NCBI GenBank assembly: GCA_016124975.1
Contig: WGMP01000011.1
Coordinates: forward strand, 5,693 to 69,692
Direction of reading: 5' to 3'
Length of the DNA stretch: 64,000 bases
Source: Phycisphaera sp.
Lineage (GTDB): Bacteria > Planctomycetota > Phycisphaerae > Phycisphaerales > SM1A02
Each line of letters begins with the position of its first letter. Within the stretch, counting starts at the first letter, position 1. The notes beneath the pieces were generated by a model. It saw nothing but the letters and a program-made list of their open reading frames with translations, did not search any database and was not told where the DNA came from. Positions 39,998-47,833 of the stretch are shown piece after piece. The position numbers and the translations under genes are program-made.

Positions 39998-40684
39998 ATG
40001 CGGAACGGTTGTCCCATTCATCCATGGCGCTTTGCTGCCCCGACGCTGGCGCTCGCCGTCGCCACCGTTGGCGACGCAGCGCGCGCGGAGCTGATCGACG
40101 CCGCAGTGCAGGTCCGCGCGAGCGCCGCGGAGCTTGAGGCCGCGGGCTTCACCCGGGCGGGCGGCGGCGTGTTCGTCTCGAATCCTGCGGGAGAGTGCGC
40201 GGCCAACGGCTGCTTCGATCTCGTCGGCGCGGGCGGGCCGTTGGAGGCGAAGGGGTTCCTCGAGTTCCGCTTCAGTAACTACACCTGCACGCCCGCCTAC
40301 TACAGCGGGCTCTTCGCAGTGCTCGATCTCGACCTCGCGGGCGCGACGGTCACGCACTCGGAGTTCATCGCGCTCGTGAACGCACGGACCGCGAGCACGG
40401 GCGTCACGGCGATGATGGCTGCGCAGGCCGCGAACATCCAAGGCGGGCTCTTCTCGGATTGGCTCCCATCGACCCTTGCAGACGCCGTGGTCTTCCAATG
40501 GATGCCGCCCACCGCGCCCACGGGCCCAGGGCTCTCCGCGATCTACCGATTTGCCTGGGATCTGACCGACGAGACGGCCTTCGGTGGCCCGATCGGCGTC
40601 GGCGGCGCCTTCGCGGTGCCCGCACCCGCGGCGACCGCGCTGCTCGCAATCGCAGGCATGGGCGCACTTCGCCGCCGCAGGTGA
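39998..40684 (+). CDS. Secreted protein with a PEP-CTERM-like tail (paralog B)
   Basis: Signal ...FAAPTLALAVATVGDAARA. Conserved blocks shared with paralog A include ELLGAGYTR/ELEAAGFTR, CA.NGC, YYSG.FA, F..WLP and F.W.P..P..PGLS. The C-terminus is VPAPAATALLAIAGMGALRRRR. Confidence 0.8.
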   Translation: MRNGCPIHPWRFAAPTLALAVATVGDAARAELIDAAVQVRASAAELEAAGFTRAGGGVFVSNPAGECAANGCFDLVGAGGPLEAKGFLEFRFSNYTCTPAYYSGLFAVLDLDLAGATVTHSEFIALVNARTASTGVTAMMAAQAANIQGGLFSDWLPSTLADAVVFQWMPPTAPTGPGLSAIYRFAWDLTDETAFGGPIGVGGAFAVPAPAATALLAIAGMGALRRRR

Positions 40685-40742
40685 CCCCGCGCGGCGCGGC
40701 GCTCCCGTACGCTGCGCGCCGCGCGTGCTTCCGTCGCCGTCC

Positions 40743-41792
40743 GTGTTCCATGGCCCTGCTCGACCGATCCATGTCATCGGTTGCGGCGCCATCGTGCGCG
40801 ACGCGCATCTTCCTGCCTACGCCCTCGACGGCATGCCCGTGGCCGGGTTCCTCGACCTCGACGCAACGCGCGCCGAGTCCTTGGCTGCGACCGTGCACGG
40901 CGCCAAGGCCTTTCCCGCGCTCCCCGCGCTCATCGAGGCCTGCGCCGCAGCCGGCGGCGTCTACGACCTCGCGCTGCCGCCGCAGGCGATGCAGGCCGTG
41001 ATCGACGCGCTCCCCGAGGGTTCGACCATCCTGCTCCAGAAGCCGTTCGGCCGCGATCTTGCGGAGGCGACGGCGCTGCTCGCGACGCTCGAGCGCCGGA
41101 AGATGCGCGGCTGCGTGAACCTCCAGCTGCGCCACGCGCCCGCGGTGACGGCGCTGCGGCGGCTGCTCGCCTCCGGCTCGCTCGGTGAACCGCTCGACCT
41201 TGAGCTGCGCGTCGTCTGCCGAATGCCGTGGGAGAACTGGCCGTTTCTCGAGGCGCTCCCGCGGATGGAGATCCTCATGCACTCGATCCACTACCTCGAC
41301 CTCTGCCGCGCGCTGTTCGGCGAGCCTGAGCGCGTGTGGTCTGCGGCGTTCGCGCACCCAGGATCGCCGCGCCTCGCCGATGCACGCTCGACGACGGCGC
41401 TGTCGTTCGCGGGCGGCCGCCGCGCGGTCGTCACGACCTACCACCACCATGCTGCGCCGCCGCGCCACGACGCGTCGCATCTGCGCCTCGAATGCACGCG
41501 CGGGACGGCGGTCGCGCGCCTCGGCGTCAACCTCAACTACCCAGAGGGTCTTCCCGACACGCTCGAGTGGTCGGCCGATGGCGCGCCGTGGCAAGCGGTC
41601 GCGCTCGCGGGCAACTGGTTTCCGCACGCGTTCCGCGGCCCGATGCGCGAGGCGCAGCGCGCGGCGGCCGACGCTGCGTTCGTGCCTGCGACTTCGTTCC
41701 GCGACGCGTGGCGCACCATGGCGCTCGTCGAGACCTGCTACCGCTCGGCCGCGCGCGGCGAGATGATGCCAGAGGAGCCAGCACCAGCATGA
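40743..41792 (+). CDS. Gfo/Idh/MocA-family oxidoreductase (candidate sugar dehydrogenase)
   Basis: There is no in-frame ATG after the preceding gene. GTG at 40743 gives VFHGPARPIHVIGCGAIVRDAHLPAY (Rossmann GxGxxxR) plus LQKPFG (EKP-like). The start is uncertain. Confidence 0.7.
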   Translation: MFHGPARPIHVIGCGAIVRDAHLPAYALDGMPVAGFLDLDATRAESLAATVHGAKAFPALPALIEACAAAGGVYDLALPPQAMQAVIDALPEGSTILLQKPFGRDLAEATALLATLERRKMRGCVNLQLRHAPAVTALRRLLASGSLGEPLDLELRVVCRMPWENWPFLEALPRMEILMHSIHYLDLCRALFGEPERVWSAAFAHPGSPRLADARSTTALSFAGGRRAVVTTYHHHAAPPRHDASHLRLECTRGTAVARLGVNLNYPEGLPDTLEWSADGAPWQAVALAGNWFPHAFRGPMREAQRAAADAAFVPATSFRDAWRTMALVETCYRSAARGEMMPEEPAPA

Positions 41793-43117
41793 CCGCGACT
41801 TCGCCGAAGATCACCCGCGCCGAGATCGTCGACCTCCGCTTCCCGACCTCCGAGGAGCACCACGGCTCGGACGCCGTGCATGTCGACCCCGACTATTCCG
41901 CGGCGTATGTCATCCTCCACACCGATGGCGCGCCCGCGGGCCACGGGCTCACCTTCACGATCGGCCGCGGCAACGAGATCGTCTGCCAGGCGATCCGCTC
42001 GCTCTCGCCGCTTGTCGTCGGGCGCACCGTCGCCGACATCGCGCGCGACCGCCGCGGGTTCTGGCGCGCGCTTGCGCAGGATTCGCAGTTCCGCTGGCTT
42101 GGCCCCGAGAAGGGCGTGATGGCGCTCGCGCTCGCGGCCATCGTGAACGCCGTGTGGGACCTCGAGGCGCGCCTCGCGCAGAAGCCGCTGTGGCGGCTGC
42201 TCGCCGACATGCCCGCCGAGGAGCTTGTCGCCGCGATCGACTTCCACGGGATCCGCGACGCGGTCGACGAGGAGGCGTGCCTCGCGATGGTGCGCGCGAA
42301 CGACGCGACGCGCGCCGAGCGGATCGCGCGCGTCGAGCGCGAGGGATTCCCCGCCTACACGACGAGCTGCGGCTGGATCGGCTATTCGGACGAAACCGTG
42401 CGCGCGCGCTGCCGCGATGGCGTGCGCGACGGCTTCACGCACTTCAAGATGAAGATCGGCCAGTCGGTCGACGACGATGTGCGCCGCGCGCGCATCATCC
42501 GCGAGGAAATCGGCCCCGACCGCGTGCTGATGGTCGACGCGAACCAGCGCTTCGATGTGCGGCAGGCGATTGACTGGATCAAGCCGCTCGCGCCCTTCGG
42601 CATCTGGTGGTTCGAGGAGCCTGTGTCGCCCGACGATGTGCTCGGCCACGCCGAGATCGCGCGCGCGATTGCGCCGATCAAGGTCGCCACGGGCGAACAG
42701 TGCCAGAACCGCGTGATGTTCAAGCAGTTCCTCGCGTCGGGCGGCATGCAGATCTGCCAGCTCGATTCGTGCCGCGTGGGCGGCGTGAACGACAACCTCG
42801 CGATCATGGCGCTCGCGCGGCGCTACGGCGTCCCCGTCTGCCCGCACGCAGGCGGCGTCGGGCTCTGCGAGTTCGTGGCGCACCTCATCATGGTCGACTA
42901 CATCCGCTTCAACCCCACGATGGAGGGGCGGGTGTGCGAGTTCGTCGACCACCTGCATGAGCATTTCACCGATCCGTGCGTCGTGAAGGGCGGGCGCTAC
43001 CTCGCGCCGACGAAGCCCGGGTATTCAGGCGAGATCAAGCGCGCCTCGCTCGAGGCGTTCGCGTTCCCGGACGGACCCGAGTGGGTCAGGCGGCGAAAGA
43101 AGGGAGTCGTTTCATGA
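41789..43117 (+). CDS. fucD: L-fuconate dehydratase (enolase superfamily, mandelate racemase subgroup)
   Basis: ATG at 41789 (ATGA overlap). There is strong end-to-end resemblance to the characterised Xanthomonas FucD: DPDYSAAYV, FTIGRGN, QFRWLGPEKGV, AYTTSCGWIGYSDE, KMKIG, VDANQR, FEEPVSPDDVLGHA, TGEQCQNRVMFKQ and HAGGVGLCE. Confidence 0.9.
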   Translation: MTATSPKITRAEIVDLRFPTSEEHHGSDAVHVDPDYSAAYVILHTDGAPAGHGLTFTIGRGNEIVCQAIRSLSPLVVGRTVADIARDRRGFWRALAQDSQFRWLGPEKGVMALALAAIVNAVWDLEARLAQKPLWRLLADMPAEELVAAIDFHGIRDAVDEEACLAMVRANDATRAERIARVEREGFPAYTTSCGWIGYSDETVRARCRDGVRDGFTHFKMKIGQSVDDDVRRARIIREEIGPDRVLMVDANQRFDVRQAIDWIKPLAPFGIWWFEEPVSPDDVLGHAEIARAIAPIKVATGEQCQNRVMFKQFLASGGMQICQLDSCRVGGVNDNLAIMALARRYGVPVCPHAGGVGLCEFVAHLIMVDYIRFNPTMEGRVCEFVDHLHEHFTDPCVVKGGRYLAPTKPGYSGEIKRASLEAFAFPDGPEWVRRRKKGVVS

Positions 43118-43857
43118 GCGGAAGACTGCAAGGAAAGCGCGCCTTCGTGACGGCCGCCGCGGCAGGCATCGGCCGCGCGTCGGCAATCCGCTTCGCACGC
43201 GAAGGCGCCGCGGTGATCGCGACCGACATCGACGACGGCGGCCTCGCGACGCTCGCGCGCGAGGCGCCGGGCGTGCGCGTGGCGCGGCTCGATGTGCGCG
43301 ACTTCGACGCCGTGCGCGCGGCGGCGCGCGACGCGGGCGAGGTCGATGTCATCCTCAACGCCGCGGGTTTCGTGCACCAGGGCACGATCCTCGACTGCGA
43401 CGAGAAGAACTGGGACTTCTCGTTCGACCTCAATGTGAAGAGCGTCTACCGCATGCTGCATGCGTTCCTGCCCGGGATGATCGAGCGCAAGCGCGGCAGC
43501 GTGATCTCGATCGCAAGCGTCGCGAGCTCGATCCGCGGCGTCCCGAGCCGCGCGGCGTACGGCGCGACGAAGGCCGCGCTCATCGGCCTCACGAAGGCGG
43601 TCGCCGCCGACGTCGTCGCGCACGGCGTGCGCGTGAACGCGATCTGCCCAGGCACCGTCGAGACGCCGAGCCTGCACGACCGCATCAACCAGAACGCGGA
43701 TCCTGTCGCCGCGCGCGCCGCGTTCATCGCGCGCCAGCCGATGGGCCGCCTCGGCACCGCCGACGAGATCGCGGCGCTCGCGGTCTACCTCGCAAGCGAC
43801 GAATCGAGCTACACGACCGGCGCGATCCATGTGATCGACGGCGGGTGGACTTGCTGA
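43114..43857 (+). CDS. Short-chain dehydrogenase/reductase (2-keto-3-deoxy-L-fuconate dehydrogenase-like)
   Basis: ATG at 43114 (ATGA overlap). Cofactor motif is VTAAAAGIGRA and the catalytic motif is YGATKAA. The function is inferred from its position after fucD. Confidence 0.85.
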   Translation: MSGRLQGKRAFVTAAAAGIGRASAIRFAREGAAVIATDIDDGGLATLAREAPGVRVARLDVRDFDAVRAAARDAGEVDVILNAAGFVHQGTILDCDEKNWDFSFDLNVKSVYRMLHAFLPGMIERKRGSVISIASVASSIRGVPSRAAYGATKAALIGLTKAVAADVVAHGVRVNAICPGTVETPSLHDRINQNADPVAARAAFIARQPMGRLGTADEIAALAVYLASDESSYTTGAIHVIDGGWTC

Positions 43858-43931
43858 GCGCGGCTGCCCCGCCCCCGTTCGCGCACCACCCTCCCGCCCG
43901 CGGCAGGGTCACGCCCCAAGGCCGGCGGGCG

Positions 43932-43957
43932 AGATCCTCCAAGCCGAGGATCTTTCA
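43932..43957 (+). terminator. Weak hairpin after the SDR gene (possible terminator)
   Basis: An 8-bp stem, AGATCCTC (43932-43939) pairing with GAGGATCT (43946-53), loop CAAGCC, followed by TTCAAAC. The stem is short and the U-tract poor. Confidence 0.3.
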
Positions 43958-44103
43958 AACATAAGGAATACTCCAAACCATTCCGGAAATCTCGCCAGAT
44001 TCTCCTCATGGGACGCGACCGCCCGCGTATCACCGCTGAGTCCACTCCCGAGACCAATCGGCGGTCGTGGGCGTTCCGGGATGCATCGTGGCAGGAGTTG
44101 AAA

Positions 44104-46095
44104 ATGACTGACAGCATGGGTGGTGTCGGGGGGCAGAGGCGAGGTCCCCGCCCTCGGCGACGGTGGTGTCGGACGGGAGGCGACGTCCGATGCATTTTCG
44201 GCCCAGATGTTCTGGTCTTGTTCGCGATCGGATGGGTCGCGGCAGGGTCCGGCGCCTCGGCGACTGCGCAGGTTGCCGCGCCTTCCTGCGAGCAGTGCGC
44301 CGAGACCGCGTTCGTGCCGCTGTACGCACCGCGACCGATCGTTCTGATAGCAAAGGTGCGAAGCAGCACGGATCCCATTGACGACCTCTGGTACCTCCGC
44401 GATTCGTCGAACACCGGACTGGGCGTCCTCTCGTGGAACTCGCACGCCCAGGTAGTCGGGACGCAGTTCCGCTACCAGGGTTCCGCCATACCAACGGTGC
44501 CGCGTGCATTCGTTTGGCTCCCGCAGCCGCAGTACAACCTGCCCGCACTTGTCCCACACGATCTCTCCGCCCTGACGAATCAAGCCAGTCCAGAAGTGCC
44601 CAGCTTTGCATGGGACATCTCGGATGAAGGGCTTGTCGTCGGAGGCGCCGGCGGCATGGCCGAGTCGATCGGTGAGACCGCGCACGCCTGGAACCTCCCG
44701 CTCCTGCCTCCTTCGCCGACCCCGCCTCCACCGGGCTTCGAACTTGACTTCGGAGCCGGACCCGGCGATTGGACGATGGCGCTTGCCATAACACCGTCGT
44801 CGAACGCGCCCACGCTGCCTCGCATCGTCGGCTGCGGCTCGGGCGCCTGCGACGAGTGGCGCGACCCATTCGAGTTCTTCTTCGTGCCGACCCCGCACTC
44901 CGCGCCATTGCCGCACTGCACGCCCCCGGAATCGAGCCTAGGTCGGCCTGGGAAGGTGTCGCGGAGATCGTGGGCCTGCGACATCGCGTCGCACGCATCC
45001 GCGCCCGTGGGTACACACGATCAGCCGCATGACTTCGACGACGATCCGTGCGTTCCCGGCTGCTACGCAAACGGGCTGTGCAACTACGACTGTGTCGGTC
45101 CGATGGCGGTCGGGGTGCATTTCCCCTGCGACTTCTACCGAGTGGAACCATCGCCTCCGAGCCTGGTGCCGCCCTCGGACCAGAAGACGGGCATTCGCTC
45201 GAGTTCAGGCGCCCCGTACGGCGGCGACGATTCCGCGCCGATCCTCGCGGGGTACTGCGACACCCGGACGACGCCCTCCTCCGATGACTGTTCAAGATTC
45301 GCCGCGCTCTGGACCTACGGCACGACATCCTCCGTGCGCAACCAACTGCCCTCCAAGCTCGCGAGGACTGGCACGGGCGCTCTTTCGGACCCCATCGCCC
45401 AACGCTGGCGCCGACTTGAGTGCCCATGCTCGAGCGAAGTCGTCGTCGGATGGGGCACCGGACCGACGGGCGCACTCTGGACGACATCGCTTGATCCCAG
45501 CCAGCTCGGCGAGTTTCAGGCCCATCTGGCATCCGAGCTTCTCGTCCCGTTTACATCTACTCCCGGGCCCACGGTGAGCGTCCAGCAGGTCTACGACATA
45601 ATGCCGACCGGGGAGATCCTCGCGCTGGTACGACGCGAATGGTCAGCCACCGAGTACGACCTCTTCGCCTGCATACTCGGTCTTCGGGGCGACATCACTG
45701 GCGACCATGCGGTGAATGCCGCCGACCTTGCGTGGCTCCTCAGCAGCTGGGGCGGGCCGTACGAGGGAGACGCGCCGCAAGTCGCGGCGGATCTCAACTG
45801 GGACAAGTCGGTCGGTGCGGCGGATCTCACGATGCCGCTCAACTGGTGGACCGGCGGCGGCATCCGACTGCTCCTGCCGGCGACGGGGAGCAGGAGAATG
45901 GAAGGTCCATCTGCATGCTGCAGCCCGGCGAGTCTTGTCCAGAGACCGGCGCGGATCTCAAGGTCGACACCGCTCGCGCGGAAGAGTGCATGCGGTCCGC
46001 GATCGGCGCATTCGGCTTCGAGCACACCGAGGACTTCACGCAGTGGATTTCGACGGCGCCGCCCGAGTCGGTGGACGCCGTGTGCACCTGTGTAA
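44104..46095 (+). CDS. Large secreted Cys-rich protein with HAF-like repeat(s) and a dockerin-like C-terminal double repeat; the 3' end is doubtful
   Basis: ATG at 44104 or 44116, then a hydrophobic signal VLVLFAIGWVAAGSGASATAQ. It contains WDISDEGLVVGG and DITGDHAVNAADLAWLLSSWG...DLNWDKSVGAADLTMPLNWWTG. The last roughly 75 codons (from about 45870) are Arg/Ser/Pro-rich, have lower third-position GC than the overlapping frame, and are probably not genuine. Confidence 0.6.
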   Translation: MTDSMGGVGGQRRGPRPRRRWCRTGGDVRCIFGPDVLVLFAIGWVAAGSGASATAQVAAPSCEQCAETAFVPLYAPRPIVLIAKVRSSTDPIDDLWYLRDSSNTGLGVLSWNSHAQVVGTQFRYQGSAIPTVPRAFVWLPQPQYNLPALVPHDLSALTNQASPEVPSFAWDISDEGLVVGGAGGMAESIGETAHAWNLPLLPPSPTPPPPGFELDFGAGPGDWTMALAITPSSNAPTLPRIVGCGSGACDEWRDPFEFFFVPTPHSAPLPHCTPPESSLGRPGKVSRRSWACDIASHASAPVGTHDQPHDFDDDPCVPGCYANGLCNYDCVGPMAVGVHFPCDFYRVEPSPPSLVPPSDQKTGIRSSSGAPYGGDDSAPILAGYCDTRTTPSSDDCSRFAALWTYGTTSSVRNQLPSKLARTGTGALSDPIAQRWRRLECPCSSEVVVGWGTGPTGALWTTSLDPSQLGEFQAHLASELLVPFTSTPGPTVSVQQVYDIMPTGEILALVRREWSATEYDLFACILGLRGDITGDHAVNAADLAWLLSSWGGPYEGDAPQVAADLNWDKSVGAADLTMPLNWWTGGGIRLLLPATGSRRMEGPSACCSPASLVQRPARISRSTPLARKSACGPRSAHSASSTPRTSRSGFRRRRPSRWTPCAPV

Positions 46096-46139
46096 GCGCG
46101 ATGATGCGCCAAATGATGGAGGACCACGACCATGAATGA
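45915..46139 (+). CDS. Possible small acidic Cys-containing protein (74 aa)
   Basis: ATG at 45915, preceded by GGAGCAGGAGAATGGAAGG with a 9-nt spacer. Hand-counted GC3 is about 82 percent in this frame against about 63 percent in the overlapping tail of the 44104 ORF. It reads MLQPGESCPETGADLKVDTARAEECMRSAIGAFGFEHTEDFTQWISTAPPESVDAVCTCVSAMMRQMMEDHDHE. Its stop overlaps the ATG at 46132 (ATGAATGA). Confidence 0.4.
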   Translation: MLQPGESCPETGADLKVDTARAEECMRSAIGAFGFEHTEDFTQWISTAPPESVDAVCTCVSAMMRQMMEDHDHE

Positions 46140-46173
46140 CCGTCGCAACCACTCGCGGACGCACCGACTCGCC

Positions 46174-46869
46174 ATGCGATTCAGCATCACGGGAGCCGCC
46201 GCCTCGATCGCACTCGGACTCGCCGCGCCCGATGCGCGCGCCGACATGCTCGACTTCGAGGATCTGCCGAAGATCCCGCTGGCATCGTGGCCGTACGGAA
46301 GCCTACCTCTCACCCCGAATTATGCGTATCACGGCTTCATCCTGAGCGCAGTGCACACCGCAAACGATGGCCCCTTCGGCGTCAACAACGCCTGGTACTA
46401 CACGCGCGTCCTAGAGGCGGTGCAAGATCCTCCGTACCAACCAGGGATGACCGGAATCGCTTGGGGTACCCAGAGCGGCGAGTACGCACTTCGCACAGGA
46501 CCGAATGTGTACACGGGCCAGTCGACATTCAGTTTCAGCCGTTCCGACGGGGGGCTCTTTTCTTTCGATGGAGCATGGTTCACGCGGATCTACAGCCAAC
46601 CAAATCAGGGGCTCAACGTCACAATGCAAGGATTTGTCGGCGATACGGTCGCCTACACGTACTGGCAGCCGATCTTCCTCACGACTCGGACCTTCGTTGC
46701 GCCGCCACCGGGCATCGCAGTCGATCGCGTGGTGTTCCGCACGGGGTTCCCGCAACCGAACAGTCAGGGAGGGTTCTACATGGACGACTTCCATTACACG
46801 CTCGTGCCCGCGCCTTCAGTTCTCGCCGTCCTCGGCGGACTCGGGCTCTTCCGCAAGCGTGCGCGGTAG
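46174..46869 (+). CDS. Secreted protein with a PEP-CTERM-like tail
   Basis: Signal MRFSITGAAASIALGLAAPDARA (ATG 46174; the upstream ATG at 46132 is also possible). The C-terminus is LVPAPSVLAVLGGLGLFRKRAR. Confidence 0.75.
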   Translation: MRFSITGAAASIALGLAAPDARADMLDFEDLPKIPLASWPYGSLPLTPNYAYHGFILSAVHTANDGPFGVNNAWYYTRVLEAVQDPPYQPGMTGIAWGTQSGEYALRTGPNVYTGQSTFSFSRSDGGLFSFDGAWFTRIYSQPNQGLNVTMQGFVGDTVAYTYWQPIFLTTRTFVAPPPGIAVDRVVFRTGFPQPNSQGGFYMDDFHYTLVPAPSVLAVLGGLGLFRKRAR

Positions 46870-46930
46870 TCGTCGTGCGAAGGCGCGAGGTGGAGCGCAG
46901 CTTCGCCTGAAGCCTGCGCGCACCCGCTCG

Positions 46931-47803
46931 TCATAGGATCCGATGCACGCGCACCGCGTTTCCGCCGAGGATCGCGGACTGTTCGTCGGGCGAGAGCGCG
47001 CCCGCAAGCGTTGCGCTCGCGTCGATCCATTGCGCGAGACGCGCGTTCGCGAAGCACACGGGCCAGTTCGAGCCCCACATCGTGCGGCTGGCGCCGAAGC
47101 ACGCGAGGCACCACTCGAACCACGGGCGCGCTTCGTCGGCGGTGATCGCGCGGCCTGCGTTCTCGAACATCGCCGACCACTTCACGCGCGCATTCTCGCA
47201 GGCCGCGACGCGTGCGACGAGACGCTGCCAGTCGGCGCGCTCGGGTGAACTCCAGCCCGCGCGCAGTGGCGGGTGTCCGAGGTGATCGAGGACGAGCGTC
47301 GTCTCGGGCGCCTCGCGTGCGCACGACTCGACGACCGCGAGATCGGTCCAACGCACGCAGAAGTCGAACGACAGCCCCGCAGCGCCGAGCGCGCGCAGGT
47401 CGGCTGCGAAGCGCTCGCCCGCGAACGGAATGTCGCCGCCATGCAGCACGCGCCGCGCACCCGACACGCCGCGCGCGCGCGCGACGCTCTCCCGTTCGTC
47501 GGCAAACCCCGCGACGCCCGGCTCGATGCCCGCGATGGTCGCGAAGCGCCGACCGCTCGCAGCCCCCCACTCCGCGAACAACTCAGCCTCGCGCGCGCGG
47601 TCGGCCGCAGCCATGTCTGCCTCGACGAACACCACGCCCCCGCCGACACCGCCTTCCGCCGCGTAGCGCGCAAGATCGAACCGCCCCGCGAACTGCGGCG
47701 CCTGCGCAAACCACGGCGCCGACAGCACCGCCGCGTCCCACACATGGAGATGGGCATCGGTCCAGGTCGCAGGTTCGCTCGCGCGCGCCGCGGGAATCGT
47801 CAT
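46931..47803 (-). CDS. Amidohydrolase-2 family protein (sugar-lactonase-like, such as L-fucono-1,5-lactonase)
   Basis: Start at the internal ATG at 47803 (MTIPAARASEPATWTDAHLHVWD, the HxH metal motif), with ...LDHLGHPP... and WGSNWPV. The upstream 346 codons of ORF 46931..48841 are antisense to the AKR gene. Confidence 0.8.
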   Translation of the reverse strand: MTIPAARASEPATWTDAHLHVWDAAVLSAPWFAQAPQFAGRFDLARYAAEGGVGGGVVFVEADMAAADRAREAELFAEWGAASGRRFATIAGIEPGVAGFADERESVARARGVSGARRVLHGGDIPFAGERFAADLRALGAAGLSFDFCVRWTDLAVVESCAREAPETTLVLDHLGHPPLRAGWSSPERADWQRLVARVAACENARVKWSAMFENAGRAITADEARPWFEWCLACFGASRTMWGSNWPVCFANARLAQWIDASATLAGALSPDEQSAILGGNAVRVHRIL

Positions 47804-47833
47804 GCACGGGAGCCTACCCGCTACCCTGCACGC

